From the NCBI GenBank assembly GCA_963788655.1, contig CAWBHS010000080.1:18213-82212 (forward strand): DNA of 64,000 nt, given 5' to 3'. Position 1 is the first letter of the stretch; each line of letters starts with the position of its first letter. The DNA is from an uncultured Verrucomicrobiae bacterium (GTDB lineage Bacteria > Verrucomicrobiota > Verrucomicrobiia > Limisphaerales > JAFGQR01). The notes under the pieces were generated by a model. That model was given only the letters and a program-made list of their open reading frames with translations. It was not told the DNA's origin and did no database searches. Below are positions 43,401 through 52,489 of the stretch, piece by piece. The position numbers were made by a program, and so were the translations under genes.

Positions 43401-44185
43401 CGGAGGCCGTGCTCGAATTTTACGCCAAACATTACCCCCACGAACCGAGCGGCCGGATTCTGTTTGCGCCCGCGCAATCGTTGGAAACCTGGTGGGAATG
43501 CGAGAATCCCATGCCGGTGGTCGCGGGTTTACGCTGCGTGCTGAAGCAACTGCTGGCCTTGCCGGTGGGGCAAGTTGGCGAGGGACAAATGGAGGATTGG
43601 AAGAAGTTGCAAACCCGGTTGCCGCCCATTCCACGGCGCGAACTGGCCGGGCAACCGGCGCTGTCGCCGGCGGAAGCGTACCGGTCGCAACACAACATGG
43701 AGAATCCCGAATTGTACGCCGTGTTTCCCTACCGGCATTATGGCGTGGGGAAACCCGAGCTGGACATGGCGCGCTGGTCCTTTGCCCATCGCCAGTTCAA
43801 GGGAAATCGCGGCTGGCAGCAGGATGACACGCAAGCCGCGTTCCTGGGCTTGGCGGACGAAGCCCGCCGGATGGTGGCGAGCCGTTTTTCCAATAAGAAT
43901 CCTGGCAGCCGGTTCCCCGCGTTTTGGGGACCGAACTTCGACTGGATTCCCGATCAGGACCACGGCGCCAACGGCCTGATGGCTCTGCAAACCATGCTGC
44001 TCCAGTGGGACGGCCGGAAGATGTTCCTGTTCCCGGCTTGGCCCAAAAACTGGGACGTGGAATTCAAACTGCACGCGCCGTTCAACACGACCGTGGAAGG
44101 CACTTGGCGTGGTGGCCGATTGCTTTATATGAAAGTCAGTCCACCCGAACGCAAACCCGACCTGGTGCAAATGACGCCCCAGTAG
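40430..44185 (+). CDS. Secreted fusion: isochorismatase-like cysteine hydrolase + DUF5703/GH95-like glycoside hydrolase with inserted LamG domain
   Basis: ICDMW...GVHENMCVLGRPF; SMPLGNGDIG, KSDAWD, KFNGSIF, RRWGGCYWFQNTR, ENPELYAVFP, RFPAFWGPNFDWIPD; LamG VTLEAWIKP...WSHVAAVFD...LYLDGK. Confidence 0.75.
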   Translation: MASPFIWLRYAGLVVLLTSALTFGATPNSLSLRLRSLQPAPGDPARYEPVDRPATWDAPHTAAVICDMWNQHWCQGATARVAEMAPRMNDVIKELRRRGVLIIHCPSGTMKFYEGTPPRKRAQSAPKVTPRVPLQGWCNLDPKREAPLPIDDSDGGCDDEPQCKHPPYPWTRQIATLEIKDGDAITDSAEAYYLMRQRGITNVIVMGVHENMCVLGRPFSIRQMVNQGQNVVLLRDLTDTMYNSRQRPFVDHFTGTDLVAWHIERYWCPTITSDQIVGGKPFRFTADTRAPRQFKDYAYLFTPDGHPADRYNVVWTSPSQDSSGSMPLGNGDIGLNFWVEENGDLLFYLSKSDAWDEKDHLDKLGRVRVRLSPNPFQAGSPFRQELKLSQGEIEVRAGEPDAAITLRAWVDANHPVVHLEAEGEQPFNLQANLEIWRTKERTLSPEEANGVDHFAKDEPPKAYPDQVVTDQADRVIWYHRDERSIWAATLAHQGLAGLTNQFKDPLLHRTFGGTMKSDGLVKAGATQLKSKQAAKHFVLSIYALTAQTPTPQAWLDQQAGNVAAIDAIDLSQARQAHRQWWRDFWNRSWIRVTASGSDHLMARAITPNQFPLRIGADSDGQNRFRGELGRVAVYDRALNSEEITALAKTKSIPAKRPAGCVWEWLFSRGSAGDSSSLLNDAAVPKAVGQFETKENAAESGGCSIQFNGQGYYEIPSAPATDLTNAVTLEAWIKPDQLPPGGGRILDKSKAGTSNGYLLDTYPGNSLRLIVEDGTLTCDAKLPTNRWSHVAAVFDAHTGEKKLYLDGKVVATGGQDQRSRPDDQIVSQGYALQRFINACAGRGGSPIKFNGSIFTVDVPGKFDGDYRRWGGCYWFQNTRLPYWPMLAAGDFDLMQPLFKMYRDALPLARARTLVYYRHDGAFFPETMHWWGAYHNGGMGYGWDRAGEPLGRTVNRYIRFYWSGGLELLAMMLDHFAFTQDRVFLQNTLLPHAEAVLEFYAKHYPHEPSGRILFAPAQSLETWWECENPMPVVAGLRCVLKQLLALPVGQVGEGQMEDWKKLQTRLPPIPRRELAGQPALSPAEAYRSQHNMENPELYAVFPYRHYGVGKPELDMARWSFAHRQFKGNRGWQQDDTQAAFLGLADEARRMVASRFSNKNPGSRFPAFWGPNFDWIPDQDHGANGLMALQTMLLQWDGRKMFLFPAWPKNWDVEFKLHAPFNTTVEGTWRGGRLLYMKVSPPERKPDLVQMTPQ

Positions 44186-44397
44186 CAAACGGTAGGACAG
44201 GCGTCCCGCCGGTCCCGGATTTCCAAAGAACGTCCGCCCTTGAAGACAACGCAGCATGACGAGTGAACGTTTTGGGGAAGTCCGGGACAACCGGTACGGC
44301 TGTCCTACACCGGTGTCCCGCCCAATACTGCCTTCCCTCCAGCGTTCGTTTATCCAAGCGTGAATTCCAACCCTGTTTACCCCATGATGCTCAGGCA

Positions 44398-45768
44398 ATG
44401 AGCACGTCAACCGCGAGTGCATCGCCCGCCCCAGACCGGTTTCCCGCCGGCCTGAAGAACGCTTTTGTCTTCGCGATGTTCAACGCGCTTTCGTTCCAGA
44501 TGATTGTGGGCAATCCCATGATCCTGTATGCCAAGACGCTGGGAGCCAGCGCGACCACGCTGGGTTTGATTGCCGGCATGCTGCCGTTGCTGAACGTCTT
44601 TCAGATTCCGGCGGCGCGGCACGTGGACCGCATTGGCCACAAGCGGTTTGTCCTGGCGGGTTGGTCCACGCGGGTCATCTTCATTTTTATCATGGCGCTG
44701 GTGCCGTTGGCGGCGGTGTTTTTGCAGAGTCAAACCCGGCTGGCGCTGATTCTGTTTCTGCTGTTCGCCTTCAATCTTTCTCGCGGCATTTCCGTGTGCG
44801 GTTGGTTGCCGTGGATTACCGGGGTGATTCCGCCGGCGATCCGGGGACGCTACCTGGCGCTGGAAAGCGGTTGCGTCAACGCCGCCAGTTGCGTGGCCTT
44901 TCTCCTGGCTGCTGGCGTGCTGGGTGTGTCGCCGGCTGAATGGCGGTTTTCCTTCCTGTTCTTTTTCAGCGGACTGGCCGGCGTGATCAGTCTGACGTTC
45001 TTGAAACGAATTCCCGAGGCCTCACCACCTCCGGCGGACGTTTCCACCTCCCGGGAACCGGTGCCGTGGCGGGCAATTGCGGGCTATCGTCCGTTTCGAA
45101 AACTACTGCGGATGAACGTGGCTTACAGCCTGGCTTCGGGGGGTGTCATTGCGTTCGTCACGGTGTTCATGCGGGTGGAACTGCGCCTGGCCGAATCGCT
45201 CATTTTGTTGATCACGGCTACCAGTTTTGTCGGAGGGCTGAGCAGTTTGTGGTTGTTGGGCCGGCGTCTGGATCGCTTTGGAAGCAAACCGGCGTTGATC
45301 CTGTTTCACGGCGTGTGGCTGCTGATCATGGCCGCGTTAACGGCGGTGGCCACACGCGTATTGCCAGCTTGGTTGGGTGTCTTGGTGGGGCTGCAATTTC
45401 TGTTGGGACTCAGTTCCGCCGCCGTGCAGATGGCCAACATGCGGCTGGTGATGGCCACCATTCCGGAACGGGGACGCAGTCATTTCTTCGCGTTGCAATC
45501 GGTCGTGAGCAACGTGTTACTCGGCGTCTCGCCCATTTTCTGGGGCGTGTTGATCGACGCCACCCGGTCGCTGGAGTTCACCTGGCACGGGATTTCGATC
45601 AACCGGTACGGGCTGTATTTTGCGGCGGCCTTGGTGGTGTTTGTGGTTTCCCTATTCCTGTGCCGGCCGCTGGAGGAAGCGGAATCGCAGAGCACCGAAG
45701 CCATGTTGCGGGACATCCTCACCCGGTCGCGATTGCGCGCCTGGCTGCGTCTCTGGCCCAGAGCCTAA
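44398..45768 (+). CDS. MFS transporter
   Basis: About 12 hydrophobic segments; DRIGHKR and DRFGSKP loop motifs. Confidence 0.8.
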   Translation: MSTSTASASPAPDRFPAGLKNAFVFAMFNALSFQMIVGNPMILYAKTLGASATTLGLIAGMLPLLNVFQIPAARHVDRIGHKRFVLAGWSTRVIFIFIMALVPLAAVFLQSQTRLALILFLLFAFNLSRGISVCGWLPWITGVIPPAIRGRYLALESGCVNAASCVAFLLAAGVLGVSPAEWRFSFLFFFSGLAGVISLTFLKRIPEASPPPADVSTSREPVPWRAIAGYRPFRKLLRMNVAYSLASGGVIAFVTVFMRVELRLAESLILLITATSFVGGLSSLWLLGRRLDRFGSKPALILFHGVWLLIMAALTAVATRVLPAWLGVLVGLQFLLGLSSAAVQMANMRLVMATIPERGRSHFFALQSVVSNVLLGVSPIFWGVLIDATRSLEFTWHGISINRYGLYFAAALVVFVVSLFLCRPLEEAESQSTEAMLRDILTRSRLRAWLRLWPRA

Positions 45769-45769
45769 T

Positions 45770-46046
45770 TAAAATGACCAATCACCAAGGACCAAGGACC
45801 AGAGAAGTGCCAAGCCCCAAGTTTTAAGGAGAAGTTGCCACCCCCTCATCGGTAGGACAGGCGTCCCGCCTGTCCCGAATTTCTCAGTGGCGTTCAAATA
45901 CTTGCGAGACGTCCACCAGCGTGAGGTGTAGTTCTGGTAATTCGGGACAGCCGAGACGGCTGTCCTACGGGGTGAGGGCGAACCGCCCCTTGGTTATTGG
46001 GCATTGGGCCTTCTCTGGTCATTGGCCATTGGCTCTTGGTCATTAA
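45770..46046. repeat. Composite element: heptamer-repeat inverted arms enclosing a family A REP doublet (45852-45968)
   Basis: Left AATGACCAATCACCAAGGACCAAGGACCAGAGAAG; right arm reverse complement AATGACCAAGAGCCAATGGCCAATGACCAGAGAAG. Confidence 0.75.
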
Positions 46047-46081
46047 CGGCAACGCCCTATAATTCGCCACGAAAGCCGCGT

Positions 46082-47062
46082 TCAGTCTTCCGCCTTGGAC
46101 TCGCGCGCCAGCAAGTCCATCACCGCCTGACGCACGTTCTTGCTCTCGTAGAGCATGGCATACACTTCGTCGATGATCGGCGTGGAGATGTCTAACTTGC
46201 GGGCCAGTCGGTAGGCTGAGCGCGCGGTGGGGTAACCTTCGGCCAGTTTGTGTTCCGCCGCCATGATGGCTTCGATTTGTTCGCCGCGTCCCAAGCGTTC
46301 GCCCAGTTCGCGATTGCGGCTGAGCCGCGAAAAACAAGTCAGCGTCAAATCGCCCAATCCACTCAGGCCCGAGAACGTTTCCGGTTGCGCCCCGCAAGCG
46401 GTACCCAACCGGCGCATCTCGGCAATGGCCCGGGTGACCAGTGCCGCCTTCGAGTTGTCGCCAAAGCCCAGCCCGTCGCAGACCCCGGCGCCAATGGCCA
46501 TGATGTTTTTGATCGCGCCGCCCAATTCCACCCCCACCACATCCGTGCTCGTATAAACGCGAAAGGTGGCGCGATGAAAAAGAACCTGCGCTCGCTGGGC
46601 CGTCGCGGCATCGTCCGACGCGGCGACGATGGCGGTAGGAATGTCTTGCGCCACCTCGAAAGCAAACGACGGCCCGGAAAGCGCGGCAATGGGATTGTCC
46701 GGCGCGTGTTCCCGCAGGATTCGGCACATGGTTTTGCCGGTATCGTATTCGATGCCTTTGGTAACACTCACCAGCAGCGCGGTTTTGTTTTCCAGGCGAC
46801 CGGCGACTTCGCGGAACGCCACCGAAGGGATGGCGAACACCACGCAATCGCGTCCTTGGACGGCCTGGCTCCAGTCGCTCTCAATTGTCCAATCCGCCGG
46901 CAAGTCGAGCCCCGGGAGATACCGTTGGTTGCGCCGGGTTTGGCGCAAGCGGTCAAGGTGCGCGCCGTCGCCATCCCAGAGCGTGAGGCGGTGCCGGTTA
47001 TGGTGGAGCACCAGTGCCAGGGCGGTTCCCCAGGCGCCGGCGCCAGCCACAGTGATGTTCAA
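46082..47062 (-). CDS. gpsA: NAD(P)H-dependent glycerol-3-phosphate dehydrogenase
   Basis: GAGAWGTALA, TKGIE, LSGPSFA, GVELGGAIKN, GLGDLTLTC...SRNR. Confidence 0.96.
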   Translation of the reverse strand: MNITVAGAGAWGTALALVLHHNRHRLTLWDGDGAHLDRLRQTRRNQRYLPGLDLPADWTIESDWSQAVQGRDCVVFAIPSVAFREVAGRLENKTALLVSVTKGIEYDTGKTMCRILREHAPDNPIAALSGPSFAFEVAQDIPTAIVAASDDAATAQRAQVLFHRATFRVYTSTDVVGVELGGAIKNIMAIGAGVCDGLGFGDNSKAALVTRAIAEMRRLGTACGAQPETFSGLSGLGDLTLTCFSRLSRNRELGERLGRGEQIEAIMAAEHKLAEGYPTARSAYRLARKLDISTPIIDEVYAMLYESKNVRQAVMDLLARESKAED

Positions 47063-47697
47063 GAGGTGGCCTCCTTCTTTCTAAAACGCACGCGGTGCTC
47101 GGTGCCGTTGAGCAGACGTTGGATGTTACCGCGGTGTTTGTAAATGGCCAGCGTCGTCATGCCGACGGTGACGAGCACCATCGTGAGACTCTCCCCGGTG
47201 AGCCAACTGGCCAGGGGCAACGCGGCCGCCGCGGCGATCGAAGCCAGCGAAACAAACGCGCTCAGGGCAAACACGATCACCCACACTCCACAAATGATGC
47301 CCAGTGCCATCGGCACCAGCGCGGCCAGAACGCCGGCGGACGTGGCAATGCCCTTGCCGCCTTTGAAGTGGAGCCAACAGGTGTAGTTGTGACCCAAAAT
47401 CACCGCCAGCCCCGCCAAAATCCGATGCGGTTCGGCGTGCAGTTCGGGCACCGCAAACCAGTTCATCAGCAGATCGCAAAGCCAGGTGCAGGCGACAAAT
47501 CCTTTCAACCCGTCCACGACCAGCACGAAGATGCCGGCGGGAACGCCCAGAATCCGGAATACATTCGTGGCGCCGATGTTGCCGCTGCCCACGCTGCGGA
47601 TGTCAATCCCTTTGGCCTGCGCGACCACGTATCCGGTGGGAATGGATCCCAGCAGATAAGCGCCCAGCATCACGGCCACATAACTCACAACTGCCAC
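47059..47697 (-). CDS. plsY: Glycerol-3-phosphate 1-O-acyltransferase PlsY
   Basis: YLLGSIP, GSGNIGATN, DGLKG, GHN, FKGGKGIAT, HRGNIQRL; GTG start at 47697 inferred. Confidence 0.95.
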   Translation of the reverse strand: MAVVSYVAVMLGAYLLGSIPTGYVVAQAKGIDIRSVGSGNIGATNVFRILGVPAGIFVLVVDGLKGFVACTWLCDLLMNWFAVPELHAEPHRILAGLAVILGHNYTCWLHFKGGKGIATSAGVLAALVPMALGIICGVWVIVFALSAFVSLASIAAAAALPLASWLTGESLTMVLVTVGMTTLAIYKHRGNIQRLLNGTEHRVRFRKKEATS

Positions 47698-47798
47698 GGG
47701 CTCGAATCTAGGCAAAGCCCTTTCGCGGCGGCAAGCGGATTTGTGAGGTATGCGTTTTTGGGCTTTGCAGTTCGGGCCGGGCGCTTTATAGCAGCGGC

Positions 47799-48824
47799 AT
47801 GTCATCGACTGTCAAAGTAGCCGTGGTCGGCACGGGATCGCTCGGCAAAGAACACGCCCGCATTTACGCTCAACTGGCGGCGGCCGGGCAGGTGGAGTTT
47901 GTTGGGGTGTTCGATGTCGCGACGGAGACCGCGCAGAAGATCGCCGCGAAACACAACGTTCGGGCGTTCGAGTCGGTGGACGCCGTGACCGAAGCCAGTG
48001 ATGCCGTGAGCATCGTAACCCCCACCAGTTCGCATTACGAGCTGGCGAAGCGGTTTCTGCAAGGCGGCAAACATCTGTTGGTCGAGAAGCCGATGACCGA
48101 CAGCACGGCGCAAGCCGCCGAATTGGTGCAACTTTCCCAGGCAAACCATTGCTTGTTGCAAGTCGGCCACGTCGAACGATTCAATCCTGTGTTGAAATAC
48201 CTGGAGTCGGTCGCCACGGAACCGCGGTTCATCGAAACGCATCGGCTCTCTCCTTACCCGGCCCGCAGCACGGACATCGGCGTGGTGCTGGACCTGATGA
48301 TTCACGATTTGGACGTTGTGCTGGCCTTCGTCAAGGCGCCCCTCGCCAGCGTGGACGCCGTCGGCATTCCCGTGCTCAGCGCGTCCGAGGACATTGCCAA
48401 TGCCCGGCTGCGTTTCGCCAACGGCTGCGTGGCCAACCTCACGGCCAGCCGCGTCAGTCCGGAGCGCATGCGCAAAATCCGCGTGTTCAGCAGTGGCGCG
48501 ATGCCGAGCTACATCTCGCTCGATTACCGTTCGCAGGAAGGATTCATCTATCGCATTGCGCGCGGGGAAGAATCGGAGAGTTCGTTGCTCAAAAAACTTC
48601 TGGCCACCAAAGACAGCACGATTGTAAGTGAGTTTGCCGGCAAACGCATCGTCCGTGAGCCGGTGCCGATTGCCAAGGACGAGCCACTCAAACTGGAGCT
48701 GCAACATTTCGTCGAATGTGTACACGCGCACCGAACACCCCGGGTCAGTGGTGAATCGGCCCGGCGCGCTCTGGAACTGGCGTTCGAGATCACCAAGCAA
48801 GTCCAGACCGCCGGTGGACAGTGA
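47799..48824 (+). CDS. Gfo/Idh/MocA oxidoreductase, GnnA-like (UDP-GlcNAc 3-dehydrogenase)
   Basis: VEKPM, QVGHVERFNP, VVLDLMIHDLD, DIANARLRF...TASRVS; directly upstream of lpxB. Confidence 0.75.
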   Translation: MSSTVKVAVVGTGSLGKEHARIYAQLAAAGQVEFVGVFDVATETAQKIAAKHNVRAFESVDAVTEASDAVSIVTPTSSHYELAKRFLQGGKHLLVEKPMTDSTAQAAELVQLSQANHCLLQVGHVERFNPVLKYLESVATEPRFIETHRLSPYPARSTDIGVVLDLMIHDLDVVLAFVKAPLASVDAVGIPVLSASEDIANARLRFANGCVANLTASRVSPERMRKIRVFSSGAMPSYISLDYRSQEGFIYRIARGEESESSLLKKLLATKDSTIVSEFAGKRIVREPVPIAKDEPLKLELQHFVECVHAHRTPRVSGESARRALELAFEITKQVQTAGGQ

Positions 48825-48899
48825 CCCGAACCTTTTCAATCCCAGAGCTTGCGGTGAGCCCAACCCAAAACCTATGAATTCCGTGTCCTCCAGCAATCC

Positions 48900-50285
48900 A
48901 TGAATCCATTGACCTTCATGTTGATTGCCGGCGAACCCAGCGGCGACCTGCTGGCCGCCGAACTGGTGCGGCAGTTGCGCGCGGAATGGGAGCGGCGAAG
49001 TCGGTCGGCGGGCCCGGGCTCGACGGCTCCGCCGCGGCCGTTTGCTCCGCATTTTTTCGGTGCCGGCGGATCGAAAATGGCGGAGGCGGGAGTTGACCTG
49101 GCCGTGGACATGATGGCGCATGCGGTGGTGGGACTGGTGGATGTGGTGAAGAGTTATGGCCGATTGCGGCGGCTGTTTCATCAATTGCTGGACCAGGCCA
49201 TTGCCCGCCAGCCGGACGCCATTATCTGCGTGGATTATCCCGGCTTCAATCGCCCGTTTGCCGGCGCGGTGCGGCGCTACCTGGAGCGGCGCGCGGGGCC
49301 GTTTTTCAACTGGCGGCCAAGGATTGTCCATTACGTTTCCCCGCAAGTTTGGGCGTCCCGGCCTTGGCGCGCCAAGCGGATGGCGCGCGATCTGGACTTG
49401 TTGCTCAGCATTTTTCCGTTCGAGAAAGAATGGTTCGCCCAGCAGACCCCAAAATTGCCCGTCGTGTATGTGGGGCATCCCCTCATCGACCGCTACGCGG
49501 CGGCCAAGATTGCTGCGGCCGGCCCGGGAAGAGCACTGCCCTCCTCGGAAACTGCCGGGGCTTCGTCCGGTTCGGCACCAGCAGCGGCACCAAACCGCGC
49601 GCCGGAGAAACCGGCTCCGCGCGGGCCGCTGCCCCTGGTGTTGCTCCTGCCCGGCAGCCGCGTCAGTGAATTGAAGCATCATTTGCCGGTGATGCTTCGA
49701 ACCGCGGGCCTGATTGGCGCCGATTGGCCTTCGGTGCGTTTCCGCATGGTCTTGCCCAATGAGTCGCTGATGCGAATGGCGCTGGATCAGGCGGCTGTCC
49801 TGTCGCGCAAGCCGTTGGTTCGCAGTGGCGGCGACCAATGGCCCGCGAGCATTGCGGTGGACCTGGGCCGGTTTGGCGTCCGCACCATCGAACTCAGCAA
49901 TGGCGGATTGATGGAGGCCTTTCGCGAAGCCACAGTCGCCATTGCCTCGACGGGCACCGTAACGATGGAATGCGCTTACTTCGGCATGCCCACCGTGGCG
50001 ATGTACAAAACACTGTCGAGCAACTACCACCTGGCCAAGCGCCTGATCCTCGTCAAGTATCTGGCCATGCCCAACCTGCTGCTGGATGAAGCGGTGTTCC
50101 CAGAATTTATTCAGCACGAGGCCACCCCGCAGAACATCGCGCGCGAGGCGCTCGACCTGCTCGAGAGTCCCGAACGACGCGAGCAGATCAAAAGCAAGCT
50201 GGCCAACGCCATTGCGTCGTTGGGCCCGCCGGGGGCCGGTGAGCGCGCCGCCCAAGCCGTGTGGGATTTGCTCCTGGTGCGGTGA
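48900..50285 (+). CDS. lpxB: Lipid-A-disaccharide synthase
   Basis: IAGEPSGD, VDYPGFN, YVSPQVWA, IFPFE, VGHPL, LLPGSR, GTVTME, PEFIQ. Confidence 0.95.
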   Translation: MNPLTFMLIAGEPSGDLLAAELVRQLRAEWERRSRSAGPGSTAPPRPFAPHFFGAGGSKMAEAGVDLAVDMMAHAVVGLVDVVKSYGRLRRLFHQLLDQAIARQPDAIICVDYPGFNRPFAGAVRRYLERRAGPFFNWRPRIVHYVSPQVWASRPWRAKRMARDLDLLLSIFPFEKEWFAQQTPKLPVVYVGHPLIDRYAAAKIAAAGPGRALPSSETAGASSGSAPAAAPNRAPEKPAPRGPLPLVLLLPGSRVSELKHHLPVMLRTAGLIGADWPSVRFRMVLPNESLMRMALDQAAVLSRKPLVRSGGDQWPASIAVDLGRFGVRTIELSNGGLMEAFREATVAIASTGTVTMECAYFGMPTVAMYKTLSSNYHLAKRLILVKYLAMPNLLLDEAVFPEFIQHEATPQNIAREALDLLESPERREQIKSKLANAIASLGPPGAGERAAQAVWDLLLVR

Positions 50286-50411
50286 TTGGCGGACGAACGC
50301 GGTGGGTGCCGCAGTTTGTTGATCGGGCGGCAGGCGATGTTTCTGTTGTAGGCGGACTGCCGACGTTCTCACCCCTCCACTTGGATCTCAACCAGCGCAG
50401 CTTTCTGAAAC

Positions 50412-50441
50412 AAAACAGCCGCCGCGAATCCGCGGCGGCTG
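50412..50441 (-). terminator. Terminator between convergent lpxB and HEAT genes
   Basis: AAAA-CAGCCGCCGCG-aatc-CGCGGCGGCTG. Confidence 0.65.
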
Positions 50442-50475
50442 CGAATGGAGAAGGTAGTTTACGGTAAGATGCCTG

Positions 50476-52453
50476 CTACTTGCCCGCTTTGCTCTTGGCT
50501 TGTTCGGCCAGGGCTTGGGCGCGTTTGGCCAGGTCATTGTTGCTGGTGGCTTGCGCGGCTTTTTGCAGGGGCTCGATCAAACGGGCGGCCAATTGATTGG
50601 CGTTTTTGCGATTCAACAGTTTGTCGGAAACGTTCACAATCGCGGTGCTCGCCTCTTCGGCGGTGGCCGGATCATTGAGGTAATCCACCATGAGATTCAA
50701 CGCCGCCGGCGCTTCGACCGTTCCCAACGCCGCGAGTAACATCTTCTTTTCATCCGGACGCGACACCATGCTGGCCGCCTGTCGGCACATGGCCAAACGC
50801 TCTTGGGCGGGCAGGTCGGATCGTCGGGCAAAGCCCAGGTAGCTGCGCAGGCTTAGCATCTTGACGGTGGGATTGCCGGTGGTCTTGGCAATCCCCAGCA
50901 AGTCGGGCGCGGCATCGGCCGTCTTCCACGCGCCCAGCGCGCGAATGGCTGCATCCCGAACCGCCTCGTTTTCCGACTCGACCGCCGCGCGCACGCTCTT
51001 CAACGCGGAATCTCCGCCCACCGTGCTCTGAACATTGAGCAACACGGCTTTTTGCGCTGGTTGCGCCGGGCCCATACGAGCGGCAATCTTTTTGGCGCAA
51101 TCTTCCTGATCGGTGGCTTTGGCGCAAACATCGCTCATCGCTTGTTCCGCGGCATCCAGATCCCTCGAATTCTCGTATTTCGCCAGCAGGTCCAGCAACG
51201 CCGGCAGTTCCGATCGGCGCGCCCAATTCGCCCACCCGCTTCAACGCGGCGGGTCGCACCTTCGCGTCACTACCGCCGGCGGCTTTCAGCAGGGCGGGCA
51301 CGGCACTGGCCATGCGCCGACGGCCGATCAGTTCAACGGCGGCAAGTTGGTCGTCAGCGTCTTTGCTGCCTAGCATGTCCATCACCACGGCATCGATCTT
51401 TTGCCCCGGAATGGCCGCCAGACATTCCTTGGCGGTTTTGGCAATGTCGCCGTCACTGTCGCCCACCAGTTCCACCAGCGCGGGTGCCGCCGCGGCATCG
51501 CCAATCATTGGCATGGCTTCAATGGCCGCCAGGCGAACGGCTTTGGGTCCGTTTTTGGCAACCGCCGAGAGCGCCGAAATGGCGGCTTCGTCGCCGCGCT
51601 TGCCCAACGTTTCAATCACCAAGATGGCATTGTCTTCTGGCAGTTTGCTCAGTTCCGCCGCCAGCGCCTGAGTCACTTTCACGCCCGGCATTTCCTGGGC
51701 GGTTTGCACCGCGGCGGAAAACAGGATGTAATCCTTGCTGCCCAAGGATTCCTTAAGCAAATCGAGCCCATCTTTTCCCCGGGCCAGGATGGCTCCGCGC
51801 AACGCGCCGCCCCGCACTTGGTGCGCCGCGTTGGGCAACGCGCGCAACCGGTCGTAAATGAGCACGGCCGACTGGGTCTGCCCCTGGTCCATCAGGCGTT
51901 CGGCGCAACGGAACAGTCCTTCGCACAACGCCAGTCGGTTGGCGGCTGGCGCTTTGGCCAACGCTTTCTGCAAACCTTCCGCGGCATCGGGAGTACCAAT
52001 GGCACCCAACGCACGCGCGGCACCTTGGGCCACGTCGGCATTGGCGTTTTCAAGCAAGGCGGTCAAGGGCTCGACGGCCTTGGAGTCACGGCGAACACCC
52101 AGGCTGTCAATGACCCCGACCAATTGCCGGCCTTCGACGTTGCCCAGCGCCTCGCGTAACGCCGCATCCACTTCCGGATACGGCATGGGCTCGAGAGCAT
52201 AGCGGGCCATGTGCGACAATTCCTCGTCACCGAGAAGACTGGCCAGGACGGGAATGGCTTCCTTGGTACCGACCAACGCGAGCAACCGGCACGCGTCGGC
52301 CTTTTCTTTGCGGGTCGCGTCGGACTTCAGTACCGCAATGAGTCTATCGACTTGCTCGCGGGTGGCCGGCACGGTGGTCTGGCCAAAGGAGCAGGGAACC
52401 GCGCTGAGCAGCACGGCGACGATCAGGATCAAGTTCAATTTGAATTTTAACAT
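50476..52453 (-). CDS. Secreted HEAT-repeat protein (frameshift near 51220)
   Basis: Signal peptide; many repeats such as ARYALE, GAARALGAIG, VRLAAIEAM, VRDAAIRALG. Confidence 0.85.
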
Positions 52454-52489
52454 GGCTTCAAAGGTTTACGGGTTAAAGTTGGTCGTTCG

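Noticed and set aside
47802..50372. 856-aa minus-strand ORF (and similar long ORFs such as 40316-41866 and 24245-25615)
   Set aside because: These are antisense shadows of well-supported genes in high-GC DNA with no recognisable motifs.
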